DNA of 64,000 bases from Cycloclasticus sp. (GTDB lineage Bacteria > Pseudomonadota > Gammaproteobacteria > Methylococcales > Cycloclasticaceae): positions 1,406-65,405 of the forward strand of contig JBDOOJ010000055.1 in assembly GCA_039830885.1 (NCBI GenBank). Reading direction: 5' to 3'. This document shows, piece after piece, positions 42,936 to 54,479 of the stretch. Numbering within the stretch: the first letter of the stretch is position 1; each line of letters opens with the position of its first letter. The notes under the pieces were generated by a model. It searched no databases. It saw only the letters and a list, made by a program, of their open reading frames with translations, and was not told where the DNA came from. The translations under genes were made by a program, and so were the position numbers.

Positions 42936-45020
42936 ATGACTGATTTAGCAAAATATAGAAACATAGGCATCTTCGCTCACGTTGATGCGGGTAAAACCAC
43001 AACAACAGAACGCATCCTGAAATTAACAGGCAAAATCCATAAAACAGGTGAGGTTCACGATGGTGAAGCAACAACCGATTTTATGGAACAAGAAGCCGAA
43101 CGTGGAATAACCATCCAGTCTGCTGCGGTTTCATGCGAATGGGACGGCCACCGCATGAACATTATTGACACACCGGGACACGTTGATTTCACCATCGAAG
43201 TGTACCGTTCATTAAAAGTTCTTGATGGCGGTGTGGGCGTATTTTGTGGTTCTGGCGGCGTTGAGCCTCAGTCAGAAACTAACTGGCGTTATGCGAATGA
43301 ATCAGGCGTAGCCCGTGTTATTTTTGTAAACAAAATGGACCGCATGGGTGCAGATTTTTACCGTGTGACGGATCAAGTTAAAGAAGTATTGGATGCGAAT
43401 CCTTTAATCATGGTATTGCCAATCGGTATAGAAGACGACTTTATTGGCGTGGTTGATTTATTAACACGCAAAGCTTATATTTGGGACGATACAGGCTTGC
43501 CTGAAAACTTCACTGTTGGAGAGCCACCAGCAGACATGGCGGACAAAATAGAAGAATACCGTGAAAAATTGATCGAAATGGCCGTTGAGCAAGATGATGA
43601 CTTAATGGAGTCATATCTTGAGGGCGAAGAGCCATCGATTGAAGACCTTAAGCGCTGTATCCGTAAAGGAACGATTGCACTTGATTTCTTCCCAACGTTA
43701 TGTGGTTCTGCCTTTAAAAACAAAGGCATTCAATTGGTATTGGATGCGGTGGTTGATTACTTACCAAACCCTATGGAAGTTAATCCACAGCCAGAAACAG
43801 ATGATGAGGGCAACGAAACTGGTGAGTTCGCGATTGTTGACCCTACTCTGCCTTTACGTGCATTGGCATTTAAAATCATGGATGACCGTTTTGGCGCGTT
43901 AACCTTTATTCGTATTTATTCCGGCACAATGAACAAGGGCGATACTGTTTTAAACACCTTCACCGGTAAAACAGAGCGCATTGGTCGCCTTGTTGAAATG
44001 CAAGCGGATGATCGTATCGAATTGACGGGCGCACAAGCAGGCGACATTATTGCCGTTGTGGGCATGAAAGACGTACAAACAGGCCACACATTATGTGACC
44101 CTAAAAACCCAGCAACACTAGAGCCAATGGTGTTCCCAGATCCCGTTATTTCTATTGCTGTGTCACCGAAAGATAAAGGTGGCTCAGAAAAAATGGGTAT
44201 CGCTATCGGTAAAATGATTAAAGAAGATCCATCTTTCCGTGTAGAAACTGACCAAGACAGTGGCGAAACGATTCTTAAAGGCATGGGCGAGCTTCACTTA
44301 GACATCAAAATTGATATCTTGAAGCGTACACATGGCGTTGACGTGAGCGTGGGTAAACCACAAGTGGCGTATCGTGAAACAATTACTAAAGTACTAGAAG
44401 ACAGCTACACACATAAGAAGCAATCAGGTGGTTCTGGTCAATACGGTAAAATTGATTATATTTTGGAACCAGCAGAAACAGGTGAAGGCTATAGCTTTGA
44501 ATCAAAAGTAACCGGCGGCAACGTGCCTCGTGAATACTGGCCTGCTGTTGAAAAAGGCTTTAAAAAGCAAATGGCTAAAGGTGTTCTTGCCGGCTATCCT
44601 TGCGTAGACGTAAAAGTGACCTTGTTAGATGGTGGCTTCCACGCAGTTGATTCCTCAGCTGTTGCGTTTGAATTGGCAGCGAATGGCGCGTACCGTCAAT
44701 CAATGCCTAAAGCAGGCGCACAAATCATGGAACCGATCATGAAAGTTGACGTGTTCACACCAGACGATCACGTGGGTGATGTGATTGGTGACCTTAATCG
44801 TCGCCGTGGCATGATTAGATCACAAGATGCGGGTGCAACAGGCGTGCGTATTAAAGCTGAAGTACCACTAAGCGAAATGTTTGGTTACATTGGTGACTTG
44901 CGCACCATGACATCAGGCCGTGGTCAGTTCTCTATGGAATTTGTGCACTATATGCCTTGTCCTAGAAATATTTCTGAAGAAGTGATTAAAGAAGCAAAGG
45001 AACGCGAAGCAAACAAGTAA
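42936..45020 (+). CDS. fusA: Elongation factor G (stand-alone paralog outside the str operon)
   Basis: [44 protein letters not shown]; no rpsL/rpsG/tuf neighbours. Confidence 0.93.
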   Translation: MTDLAKYRNIGIFAHVDAGKTTTTERILKLTGKIHKTGEVHDGEATTDFMEQEAERGITIQSAAVSCEWDGHRMNIIDTPGHVDFTIEVYRSLKVLDGGVGVFCGSGGVEPQSETNWRYANESGVARVIFVNKMDRMGADFYRVTDQVKEVLDANPLIMVLPIGIEDDFIGVVDLLTRKAYIWDDTGLPENFTVGEPPADMADKIEEYREKLIEMAVEQDDDLMESYLEGEEPSIEDLKRCIRKGTIALDFFPTLCGSAFKNKGIQLVLDAVVDYLPNPMEVNPQPETDDEGNETGEFAIVDPTLPLRALAFKIMDDRFGALTFIRIYSGTMNKGDTVLNTFTGKTERIGRLVEMQADDRIELTGAQAGDIIAVVGMKDVQTGHTLCDPKNPATLEPMVFPDPVISIAVSPKDKGGSEKMGIAIGKMIKEDPSFRVETDQDSGETILKGMGELHLDIKIDILKRTHGVDVSVGKPQVAYRETITKVLEDSYTHKKQSGGSGQYGKIDYILEPAETGEGYSFESKVTGGNVPREYWPAVEKGFKKQMAKGVLAGYPCVDVKVTLLDGGFHAVDSSAVAFELAANGAYRQSMPKAGAQIMEPIMKVDVFTPDDHVGDVIGDLNRRRGMIRSQDAGATGVRIKAEVPLSEMFGYIGDLRTMTSGRGQFSMEFVHYMPCPRNISEEVIKEAKEREANK

Positions 45021-45042
45021 TTGCTTTAAGCGTTAGCAAGAC

Positions 45043-45071
45043 AAAAAGGGCTGGTTTTACCGGCCCTTTTT
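45043..45071 (+). terminator. Intrinsic terminator after fusA
   Basis: AAAAAGGGCTGGT-TTT-ACCGGCCCTTTTT. Confidence 0.85.
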
Positions 45072-45102
45072 AATGCGTGAAGGAAAAGTTTAGATACAAT
45101 GT

Positions 45103-45277
45103 GAGAGCTTTGCACGGAAAAATATTTTGTTTCCAGGCGAGGCAAAAATGCGAGGAAAGAGGGAGTTTACTGGAGTAAATGACCGATTGAGCAGAGCCTG
45201 CCCCATGAGCGCAGCGAGTGCTTTGGGTGCTTTTTTAACGCAGTATGGGAGCAAAAGAACTTTTGTGAAAAGGTCTC
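45103..45277. mobile_element. MITE-like element copy 2 (inverted, 175 bp, with a 36-bp nested insert)
   Basis: Reverse-complement homolog of 35085-35223 (core GGAAAGAGGGAGTTTACTGGAGTAAATGACCGATTGAGCA shared); ends GAGAGCTTTGCACG / AAAGGTCTC. Confidence 0.75.
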
Positions 45278-45281
45278 AATA

Positions 45282-46523
45282 TTGAATATTTTAATTATAG
45301 CTGCCCTGTGGCCAGAACCCACATCATCTGCGGCAGGTAGGCGAATGGTCGGCTTATTGGAACTATTTTGTGCGCAAGGTTGGGCATTAACCTATGCGTG
45401 TACCGCTTCAATATCGGAATATAGCTACCCGTTAGAAACATTAAATGTAGAACGGCAGCACATTAATGTTAACGACAGCGCCTTCGATACGTTCATCACC
45501 AAGTTAAACCCAGACATTGTTTTATATGACCGCTTTATGGTTGAAGAACAGTTCTCATGGCGAGTAGATACACACTGCCCGCAAGCAATAACCTTATTAG
45601 AAACCAGTGACCTACATTGCTTACGCCATGCCAGACAAATGGCAGTAAAAAACAATCGTGAATTTGAGACGGCAGATTTAATGAGCGAGGTGGCGTATCG
45701 GGAAATTGCCAGTATTCAACGGACTGATTTAACCTTAATGATTTCTAGTTATGAAATGGAATTGCTAAAGACAGTTTTTAATGTCGATGAGCAGCTGATC
45801 CATTATTTCCCGTTTATTGTGGACCCTGAAAAACAAAATAAAAACACGGAAGCTTGGCCAAGTTTTAATGAACGAAAAGGGTTTATGTGTATTGGGAATT
45901 TCAAACACCCGCCCAATTGGGATTCGGTGCAATACTTGAAACAACAAATATGGCCGTTGATTAGGCAGCAATTGCCGAAAGCAGAGCTTTCTATTTACGG
46001 AGCCTATCCTCCGCAAAAAGCGCTGAAATTACACAAACCATCAGAGGGTTTTAATATAAAAGGTAGGGCCAACGATGCGAAAGAAGTAATGCAACAAGCT
46101 AGAATTTGTTTGGCGCCGTTACGGTTTGGCGCAGGTTTAAAAGGTAAGTTATTAGAAGCGATGGAATGTGGCACGCCGAGTATAACCACCACAATAGGCG
46201 CGGAAGCGATGCACGGCACATTGCCTTGGAATGGTGAAGTCGTTAATAAGCCAAATGCGTTCGCCAACGCAGCGGTTGCTTTGCATGAAGATGAGTTGGC
46301 GTGGAAGGTTAAGCAAAAAAATGGCATTGATATACTGAAAACTTGTTATTCCCGAGAGCAGTTTGAGCAACCATTAATCGAAAGAATACTGGAGATTAAA
46401 AGTACGTTAATAAGCCACCGCCAAAAAAACTTTCAGGGGCAGCTGCTAAAACACCATTCAATGAGAAGTACAAAATTTATGTCGTTATGGATAGAAGCGA
46501 AAAACAAAGGGGTTGAAACATAA
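45282..46523 (+). CDS. Glycosyltransferase (GT-B, family 4-like)
   Basis: WPEPTSSAAG, IGNFKHPPN, LAPLRFGAGLKGK...TTIGAE. Confidence 0.8.
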   Translation: MNILIIAALWPEPTSSAAGRRMVGLLELFCAQGWALTYACTASISEYSYPLETLNVERQHINVNDSAFDTFITKLNPDIVLYDRFMVEEQFSWRVDTHCPQAITLLETSDLHCLRHARQMAVKNNREFETADLMSEVAYREIASIQRTDLTLMISSYEMELLKTVFNVDEQLIHYFPFIVDPEKQNKNTEAWPSFNERKGFMCIGNFKHPPNWDSVQYLKQQIWPLIRQQLPKAELSIYGAYPPQKALKLHKPSEGFNIKGRANDAKEVMQQARICLAPLRFGAGLKGKLLEAMECGTPSITTTIGAEAMHGTLPWNGEVVNKPNAFANAAVALHEDELAWKVKQKNGIDILKTCYSREQFEQPLIERILEIKSTLISHRQKNFQGQLLKHHSMRSTKFMSLWIEAKNKGVET

Positions 46524-47368
46524 TGGCTAAAATTTTAATTATTGGTTGTGGAGATATTGGTGGTGCTGTCGCCAGTCAGTTACATGATGAAGGGCATCAG
46601 GTAACAGGGCTAAAACGCTCTCTTCAGGATGATTTATCAGGTATGTCGTTTATACAGGCGGATATAACAAAGGCAGAAGATCGTTCTAATTTACCAACTG
46701 ATTTCGAACAAGTTATCTACATTTTATCGCCGAGCGGTGGAAGCATAACTGCCTATGATGCCGTGTTTAAAGTAGGTGTAGATAATGTGCTGGCTTGGTT
46801 TAAACTGCAAAAAGAAAACGTTGCGTTTACCTTTGTATCATCATCAAGAGTGTATGGCCAAAACAAAGGTGAGTGGTTGAATGAATCATCGACAACTGAG
46901 CCGACTGACGAAAGAGGAAAAATATTATTAGAGGCTGAAAATAAGTTTTTAGATTTTAACAAGCAAACGACAATTGTTAGATTTTCGGGTATTTATGGGC
47001 GTTCAGATTATTTTATAAATCAGCTAAGAAAAGGTGCGGATATACAAAAAGAACCACCGTATTACACCAATAGAATTCATCGAGACGATTGCATTAGAGC
47101 ATTAAATTTTTTGATTAATAAAAAAGCGAATAGAGATGTTTTGCAGTCCATTTATTTAGCAACCGATAGTGACCCAGCATCAAAATGGGAAGTGGCCGCT
47201 TTTCTAGCGAATACTCTAAGTTTACCGACACAGACGGCTATTTATTTAGAAAAAAATGTAGATAGGAACAAGCGGCTAGAAAATAATCAACTGCTTGATG
47301 AGGGGTTCGAGTTTAAATTCAAATCGTATAAAGATGGTTACAACAAATTTTTTGATTATAAAAATTAA
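46523..47368 (+). CDS. NAD-dependent epimerase/dehydratase (atypical SDR)
   Basis: IIGCGDIG Rossmann motif, SSxxVYG, RFSGIYG, TNRIHRDD. Confidence 0.85.
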   Translation: MAKILIIGCGDIGGAVASQLHDEGHQVTGLKRSLQDDLSGMSFIQADITKAEDRSNLPTDFEQVIYILSPSGGSITAYDAVFKVGVDNVLAWFKLQKENVAFTFVSSSRVYGQNKGEWLNESSTTEPTDERGKILLEAENKFLDFNKQTTIVRFSGIYGRSDYFINQLRKGADIQKEPPYYTNRIHRDDCIRALNFLINKKANRDVLQSIYLATDSDPASKWEVAAFLANTLSLPTQTAIYLEKNVDRNKRLENNQLLDEGFEFKFKSYKDGYNKFFDYKN

Positions 47369-47413
47369 TGTTAAAGTCAACTTAATGGACTGAACGACCA
47401 AACAATTAACGAT

Positions 47414-49635
47414 ATGGAATCACAAGAGCAAATAGCCTTTCTAAGAACAATCAGCTTATTTTCAACGCTGGAAGAAGAGTCACTTACTTGCCTATCTGCA
47501 AAGTTAGAAACACTGCATTTATCGTCAGGCGAAACATTGGTTGATGAGGGAGACATTGTCGCCACTTTATACCTTATAAAACAGGGCGGATTAAATATTT
47601 TCATAGATAGCGATGAAGATACGGGAAAGAAAAAGTTAGTTGCCACTAAACATGCTGGTGATTGTGCTGGCGAAATAGCCTTATTAACAGGTGTGAGTCG
47701 AAATGCATTAGTTTTGGCTGAAGGGAAGACTGAGCTGCTGAGCCTCTCTCAGAAAAGTTTTGAATCTTTTAGTTTGGAATGCCCCGATGCGTTTCGCAGT
47801 GTGACGCGGGTCATCATTAAAAAATTTCAGCGTGTGTTGTTACGGAAGGTTCTAAGCTCAAGCGATACTTTTAAGCAACTTGACCAAGAGACATTAGAGG
47901 ATTTGGGCAAAGAGTTAGATTTAGTCATGCTCAAAGGTGGTGAATATCTCTATCGAGAAGGTGGTGGCAGTGACGGGATACACTTTATCGTTAGCGGGCG
48001 TTTGCAAGTGCGTACAGATTTCAAGGATGGTACACAGAAAACTTGGGGTAAGTTAGGACGAGGTCAATCTGTCGGTGAAATGGCTTTATTGACGGGAAAA
48101 AAGCATAGCACCTCGGTGGTTGCCAAGCGCGATACGTTGGTAGCAACGTTGTCACAAGATGCTTATTATCGTTTATTGGTTAAACACCCGCGTTCAATAA
48201 CGAAACGATTTTCAGGTGGAATAGTCGATGATTTATGGGCGCAGATAGAAGGCGGTAATAGGCAGTTAAATACGCTATTTATCTTTACTGTTACGCCTGC
48301 TAATTCTGATGTGCGCTAGATGATTTTTGTGATGTATTAACAAAAAAGCGTCATCGTTTGGTACAGCCTTGCATTTAAATAACACCCGAGTGGATAGTGC
48401 CTTGGCGAGAGAGGGCGCAGCACAAACTATACACGGTGATGCCTACAATTTAAATGTGACGCAATGGTTGAATGAGCAAGAAGCCAAACACAAATTTATT
48501 GTGTATCAAACGGACGCCGATGCTACACCGTGGAGTAAGCGTTGTTTGTTGCACGCGGATAAAGTATTGGCGCGTCGCGCCAGCCCAGTCAGCACCCAAG
48601 CTAGGCGAAATTGGCAGCTCATTAAGGTACTTGTGTAACAGAGTTGATAAAACATTAGTGTTGTTACATAAGCCCCAAACAGCTACACCACTCGGCTCAA
48701 TGAAGTGGATTCAAAAAACAAGGTTAGATTCGCATATTCACGTGCGCGAAGACAGTGAAAAAGATTTTAATAGACTGGCTCGATTACTAACAGGTAACAG
48801 TGCTTCACTCGTTTTAAGTGGCAGTGGTGCACATGGTTTTGCGCATATTGGTGCCATTCGCGCAATGGAAGAAGCCGGTTTGCAAATTGACCAGATTGGT
48901 GGAACGAGCATGGGCGCACTATTGGCAGCTCAACATGCGATGGGTTGGGACTCCAATACGATGTTAGAACGCTCAAAAGACGCCATTAAACGGCACTATA
49001 AAATGGACTATACCTTGCCAGTGGTGTCTTTGTTAACGGGTAAATCATGGGGTGATTTTCTGGAGATGCTGTTCGGCGATATGCAAATAGAAGACTTGTG
49101 GCTAAATTACTTTTGCTGCGCATCTAGTCTGACAGACGCCAAGCTTAAAGTTTTTGACAGCGGTTCCTTGTCAAAATATGTACGGGCAAGCTCAGCAATT
49201 CCAGGTATTGTGCCACCTATTTATGATAATGGCGGTCTTATTGTTGATGGTGCCCTGTTAAATAATTTGCCGGTCAATATTATGCAAGACCGCAATAGTG
49301 GCGGTTCAATTTATGCGGTTGATATGGGGGATGGGCTTGATAATAGTCATCAAAAACCGTTTGACCCCGTTCAGTCGGGTTGGCGTTTAGCCTTTGGTTC
49401 TAAAAAGGATAAGCCAGGCATACCTAATATCATGTCTATTTTGATACAAAGTGCCACCATGGGTAGCCAAATGACGCAAGAAAAGGCGCGTAACATGGTG
49501 GGCCTTTATATTAAGCCTGACGTTCACAGTTACAGTATGTTAGATATTAAAGATATTGATGCTATCGTAGAGGCGGGTTATAAGGCGGCTACAGTTGAAA
49601 TTGAACAGTGGCTGAATGAGAAGCCGCAACAGTAA
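47414..49635 (+). pseudogene. NTE-family protein (two cNMP-binding domains + patatin), broken by about three frameshifts at 48310-48600
   Basis: Two cNMP domains (GEIALL, GEMALL), linker QWLNEQE, patatin GSGAHG/GTSMG/DGA; reading frame changes 2-1-0-1. Confidence 0.8.
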
Positions 49636-49692
49636 TATTGAATAATAATTAGATTAAAATTACTAAACACTTAATTTTAAAGAGGATTGACT

Positions 49693-50049
49693 ATGGAAAG
49701 TCTGTATAACAAATACGGTGGTTTTGAAACAGTTAGCAAAGTAGTACACAGTTTTTACGATAAAGTATTAGTGTCAGATACATTTAAGCCCTACTTTGAA
49801 GATGTAGATACACAAAGAGTGATTGACCATCAAACCAAGTTTTTTTGCGACATTATGGGTGGCCCGGTAGCGTTTGAAGGTAAAACATTAGCGGAAATAC
49901 ATGTAGGAATGGAGATTAAGGATTCAGCCTACGCAGAACTGTCTGAACTGCTTGAAGAAACGCTAGAAGATCATGGTTTAGATGATACTGACGTTAAAAC
50001 TTTGTTAACGATTGTTGATGATGTCAAAGACCAAATTGTAGGGCGCTAA
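49693..50049 (+). CDS. Group I truncated haemoglobin
   Basis: LYNKYGG, FYDKV, YF, HQTKF...GGP..F.G..L..IH. Confidence 0.9.
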   Translation: MESLYNKYGGFETVSKVVHSFYDKVLVSDTFKPYFEDVDTQRVIDHQTKFFCDIMGGPVAFEGKTLAEIHVGMEIKDSAYAELSELLEETLEDHGLDDTDVKTLLTIVDDVKDQIVGR

Positions 50050-50071
50050 TTCCATTAGGAACGGTAATATT

Positions 50072-50575
50072 ATGAATTCTTCAACTGACCCACACGATCG
50101 GAAAGCTATATCTGCGATTGATTTTCAACCAAGCATCGATCACATAGATGATGGCTACACCCTTTGTGAGAAAGATTCTTTAACAGTCGTTTATAGTAAC
50201 TCTACTTTTTTGAAGTGGTTCGATAGTACTGAGTTACAGATGCCTATTGCAAACGTAATCGCCTCTCTTAAAACAGATGTTTTATTGAAACGTCTCGATA
50301 AAAGAGGCTGCTACCTTCTGGTTTTAGAATCAGATGAGAAGGAATGGGGCTTCCCGCAACGCATTGAAATTTCGTTTAAGCAGCTCAATGAAGGTAATAA
50401 AGAGTATGTTTCTCTGCATGCACGAGATATGACCAAGTTATTGGAAAAAGAAGCACAACTTTTTGGCCATGCCCGAATTATTGAAAACAACAACAGTGGG
50501 TTAAGTAGGCTGAACAAAGAACTTCAAGCCGAAAATAATCGATTAAGCGCGGAAGTGAAAGAGGCGCGAAAGTAG
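50072..50575 (+). pseudogene. PAS-like + coiled-coil protein, probably truncated before a PP2C/SpoIIE output domain
   Basis: Ends [14 protein letters not shown], which resembles the RxxAELxxARxLQ linker preceding SpoIIE domains; no output domain follows. Confidence 0.5.
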
Positions 50576-50580
50576 CGACA

Positions 50581-51287
50581 ATGGGCGCTACAAACGTCGT
50601 TATTTTAACCGGTGCAGGTATCTCGGCAGAATCAGGCATTAAAACCTTTAGAGCTAGCGACGGATTGTGGGAAGACCATCGAATAGAAGATGTGGCTACG
50701 CCCGAGGGGTATGAGCAAGACCCAGAGTTAGTACATAGGTTCTACAACATGCGTCGCCAGCAATTGTTGAGCGATGCTATTAAGCCAAACGCGGCACATA
50801 TTGCATTGGCTAAATTCGAAGCAGATAAAATTTCAATGTGCTAGTAGTGACGCAAAATATAGATAATTTGCATGAACGTGGTGGAACGAAAAATATCATT
50901 CATATGCATGGCGAGTTATTACAGAGTTTTTGTACGCGCACGCACAAGCGCTTTTCGCTGAAAGATGATTTGAGCGTTGAAACTGAATGTGAATGCTGTC
51001 AACAGCCGAATGGTTTGCGCCCAGATATTGTTTGGTTTGGGGAGATGCCGTATCAAATGGATGAAATTTCTCAGGCTATCAGCGAGTGTGAATTGTTTAT
51101 TTCAATTGGCACGTCTGGCAATGTGTACCCTGCGGCAGGTTTTGTAGAAGCGGCAAACCAGGCAGGTGCTCATACGGTTGAATTAAACTTAGAGCCATCA
51201 CTTGTGCAGTCTGCGTTTAAAGAGACGGTGTACGGCAAAGCGACAGATATTGTCACTGATTATTTGGCTTCGTTAACGTCGGGGTAA
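50581..51287 (+). pseudogene. cobB: NAD-dependent deacylase (sirtuin) with a 1-nt frameshift near 50825-50835
   Basis: [15 protein letters not shown] in ORF1; [19 protein letters not shown] and GTSG.VYPAA in ORF2 (different frame); adding one A to the A4 run restores the frame. Confidence 0.8.
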
Positions 51288-52780
51288 GGGTGTAGCTCAT
51301 CCATCGGAATAGATAAGCCATTCGCCATAATAATGCGAGCGTGTTGACGCGTTAAACGCCGGGGCCCTGCCACGCCACATGAGTGAGCAATGGTTGCCAG
51401 TTCATGCACCATATTTTTTTGATAATTAGCGACACGGTTTGATTTGTTTCTTGGGTCTAGCCCTCGCTGTAGATCTTTATCGTGCGTGGTTATGCCAGTA
51501 GGGCAGGTGTTTTTATTGCACTGAAGCGCTTGTATGCAACCCAGAGAAAACATAAAGCCGCGCGCAGACGTAACAAAGTCTGCACCTGCACACAATGCCC
51601 ATGCGACTTCTGTGGGGTTAATGCGTTTTCCTGATGCAATGATACGGATACGTTTGCGTAGATTATGCGTTATTAATACATTTTCTACTGCGGGCAACGC
51701 TTCGTTTAATGGCAACCCAACATTATCTATTAAAGACATGGGTGCAGCACCAGTACCACCATCACCACCATCAACGGTAATAAAATCGGGAGCAGACTCT
51801 TTACCACGCTGGTTGATGAGCAGACATAATTCATTCAGCCATCCCCAAGAGCTGACAACAGTTTTAAAGCCAACGGGCTTGCCGGTTACTTGTCGAATAC
51901 GTGCAATTAAATCCAATAGTTCAGCGGGCGAATTAACGTCAAGGTGTCGGTTTGGGCTAATGGAATCTTCGCCTTCTGGGATGCCACGAATATTAGCTAT
52001 TTCAGCGGTTACTTTTATGCCAGGTAAAATGCCGCCCTTACCCGGTTTCGCACCTTGGCTAAGTTTAAGCTCAAACATTTTGACTTGTGGGTGTGCAGCA
52101 ACTTCAATTAACTTCTCATTACTTAAGTGGCCACTTTTATCTCGGACACCATATTTCGCCGTGCCAATTTGGAACACTAAATCGCATCCGCTTTTTAAGT
52201 GATACGGTGATAAGCCGCCCTCACCTGTGTTGTACCAACACCCCGCTTTTTTTGCGCCGAAGGATAAGGCAGTGACGGCAGGTCGAGAAATAGCGCCATA
52301 ACTCATTCCGGAAATATTAAAGACGGATGATGTTGAATAAGGTTTGTCGCAATATGGGCCTATCATCATTGGGCCCAACGAAGCATTTTCACTGTCAAGT
52401 TTGGGAAAGGGGCAATTAACAAAAATAACAGCACCGGGTTGCCTTAAGTCTTTGGTTGAACCAAATGCGACAGTTGAATCTAAGTTTTTTGCGGCACGGT
52501 ACACCCAACTTCTTTGCGCCCTATTGAATGGCAGCTCTTCACGGTCCATGGCGAAAAAATATTGCCGAAAGAACTCGCCCATTTTTTCAAATAAAAACCG
52601 AAAACGGCCGATTAAAGGGTAATTCCGAAGGATGGTAGATTCTTTTTGTAGACTGTCTTTAATATATAAAGCCAGTGCAATTAAAAGGAAGACACCAACT
52701 ATAAAAACAAATAAAGCGCTAACTAATTCAAGAGTCCTTGAAAGAAAGAGCGCGACATCCATTGAGAATAAACTATCCAT
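51260..52780 (-). CDS. FMN-binding glutamate synthase family protein
   Basis: [46 protein letters not shown]...CPTG. Confidence 0.9.
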   Translation of the reverse strand: MDSLFSMDVALFLSRTLELVSALFVFIVGVFLLIALALYIKDSLQKESTILRNYPLIGRFRFLFEKMGEFFRQYFFAMDREELPFNRAQRSWVYRAAKNLDSTVAFGSTKDLRQPGAVIFVNCPFPKLDSENASLGPMMIGPYCDKPYSTSSVFNISGMSYGAISRPAVTALSFGAKKAGCWYNTGEGGLSPYHLKSGCDLVFQIGTAKYGVRDKSGHLSNEKLIEVAAHPQVKMFELKLSQGAKPGKGGILPGIKVTAEIANIRGIPEGEDSISPNRHLDVNSPAELLDLIARIRQVTGKPVGFKTVVSSWGWLNELCLLINQRGKESAPDFITVDGGDGGTGAAPMSLIDNVGLPLNEALPAVENVLITHNLRKRIRIIASGKRINPTEVAWALCAGADFVTSARGFMFSLGCIQALQCNKNTCPTGITTHDKDLQRGLDPRNKSNRVANYQKNMVHELATIAHSCGVAGPRRLTRQHARIIMANGLSIPMDELHPYPDVNEAK

Positions 52781-52786
52781 TTAAGA

Positions 52787-53380
52787 TTATGCCCTGACTT
52801 TTTTTGCGACCCAAAAATCTAGGCTTAAGTATTTACCGGCACCAATAAAGAATAGAACCAATAACATAATGAAATAAGTGCTGGCAAACTCGATGCCGTT
52901 ATTCAGAATTACCAAGCTGCCATTTTCTGTTATCCAGCTATAATTACCATGTTCACGAATAAGTTCTTTAGCAACGTTAAGACGTTCTATTGCACCAGCG
53001 GTACGTTCACTGGAAAAAAAGCCACTGCCTTCAGCGATAGCCAACCAGCCATTTTGTAGGTGAACGCTAATAGCAGCAACGGCCATTGTCGCCATCAATG
53101 GAATAGATACCCATCTAACCGCCAAACCAAGTAGCAGGCAAACAGCACCTAAAATTTCGATCCAAGTGGCTGCGCCAGCCATCAGGTAGGGAAAAGGTAA
53201 GCCTAACCCGTAGTCAGTATTGCCAAACCAATCAACGGTGCTATCAAACGCTCCGAGTTTTTTGGTACCGGCCATCCAAAAGATGGGCACGAGATAAAGC
53301 CTAAGTGCTAACGGTGCTAAAAAATCAATAGAACGTGTGCAATCCAACATGGATTGGAGTTTGTTGATGCATTTAATCAT
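52787..53380 (-). CDS. DoxX-family membrane protein (HvfX-like)
   Basis: LRLYLVPIFWMAG, GLGLPFP, ILNNGIEF, GAGKYLSLD. Confidence 0.8.
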   Translation of the reverse strand: MIKCINKLQSMLDCTRSIDFLAPLALRLYLVPIFWMAGTKKLGAFDSTVDWFGNTDYGLGLPFPYLMAGAATWIEILGAVCLLLGLAVRWVSIPLMATMAVAAISVHLQNGWLAIAEGSGFFSSERTAGAIERLNVAKELIREHGNYSWITENGSLVILNNGIEFASTYFIMLLVLFFIGAGKYLSLDFWVAKKVRA

Positions 53381-53427
53381 GGCGTTTCCTTAATAACATT
53401 AGTCACACAAATAGACCTGTTGGTTTG

Positions 53428-54378
53428 TTAAGTTCTTTCGATACGGTCCAAATTATTATCTTTAGCATGTTTACGTTTAAGCCAAGCACTGGCTCCTGCG
53501 CCGGTTAATACACACCATACAGCGAATAAAGCGCCAGGCAATGCAGTTTCAGGTGAGAAGTGTTTAAGCGCTAAGGCAACGCCTAGCCCCGCGTTCTGCA
53601 TACCAATCTCAATGGCTAATGTTAAACGGTAAGATGCATTAAAATTGGCAAATTTAGCCACGGCCCAACCAAATAAATACCCCAGTGCATTAACAGAAAT
53701 AATAACAACAAATAAAGAGGTGCTGATGCTGTTTAACCTGTCGTGGTTAGCGGCAACCGCATAGGCGCAAATAATGATAATAGCGAGCGATGCCATCGTT
53801 GGCGCAAATTCAATTAAAGGTTTTGCGTGTGTGCCTAGCGACTTACGTACCAACATGCCCAATAATAAAGGCGACAAAACGGTTAGCAAAATAGTCTGCA
53901 TCATCGGCCAAAAGGGAATCGGCAAGTATGCACCACCTAGCCATTCCACAAGTAAAGGTGTGAGCGCGGGAGATAAAAAAGTAGCGACGGTTGTTAATGT
54001 GACGGAAAAAGCGACTGCGCCGCCAGCTAAGAAAACAATCACGTTACTGGCCATCGCTCCGGGTGCGCAACCGACAATAATGACACCTAGTGCTAGCTCT
54101 GGTGGTAAACCTGCGAGCCAAGCAGCTGTAGCGCCTAGTAAGGGCATAATACTGTATTGGCTTAATACGCCAACCCAAATAGGTTTGGGTGTTTTAAGGG
54201 TGGTTTTTAATTCATCGGGTTTTAATACCAGACCCAAGGCGAACATAGATGCGGCAAATAGCCATAGGAAATAGGGTTTAAATACGATGAAGACGCTGGG
54301 GTAAAAAAAGGCGATTAACGCACATGCCAAAGTAAGGGGCGCCATGCCTTTAGATATAAAATGTAGAAGGTTTCTCAT
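53428..54378 (-). CDS. Bile acid:sodium symporter family transporter
   Basis: QYSIMP, APGAMASNV, IEIGMQNAGLG. Confidence 0.9.
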   Translation of the reverse strand: MRNLLHFISKGMAPLTLACALIAFFYPSVFIVFKPYFLWLFAASMFALGLVLKPDELKTTLKTPKPIWVGVLSQYSIMPLLGATAAWLAGLPPELALGVIIVGCAPGAMASNVIVFLAGGAVAFSVTLTTVATFLSPALTPLLVEWLGGAYLPIPFWPMMQTILLTVLSPLLLGMLVRKSLGTHAKPLIEFAPTMASLAIIIICAYAVAANHDRLNSISTSLFVVIISVNALGYLFGWAVAKFANFNASYRLTLAIEIGMQNAGLGVALALKHFSPETALPGALFAVWCVLTGAGASAWLKRKHAKDNNLDRIERT

Positions 54379-54479
54379 ACAGTTAAGAATATAGGTTTTT
54401 AGAGATGGAACGACAAATTATTCGAAACTGATAGGTTTCTTTTATTCGGCGAAAAGGTATTCGTAAGTTGGCATGATTA

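Noticed and set aside
50820-50845. Programmed -1 frameshift in cobB
   Set aside because: No X XXY YYZ heptamer in the zero frame and no evident stimulatory structure; a one-base loss in an A run is simpler.
47414-51287. Patatin + sirtuin as an anti-phage system (CBASS/Thoeris-like)
   Set aside because: The patatin is NTE-type with cNMP domains and the sirtuin is ordinary CobB; no CD-NTase or TIR gene is nearby.
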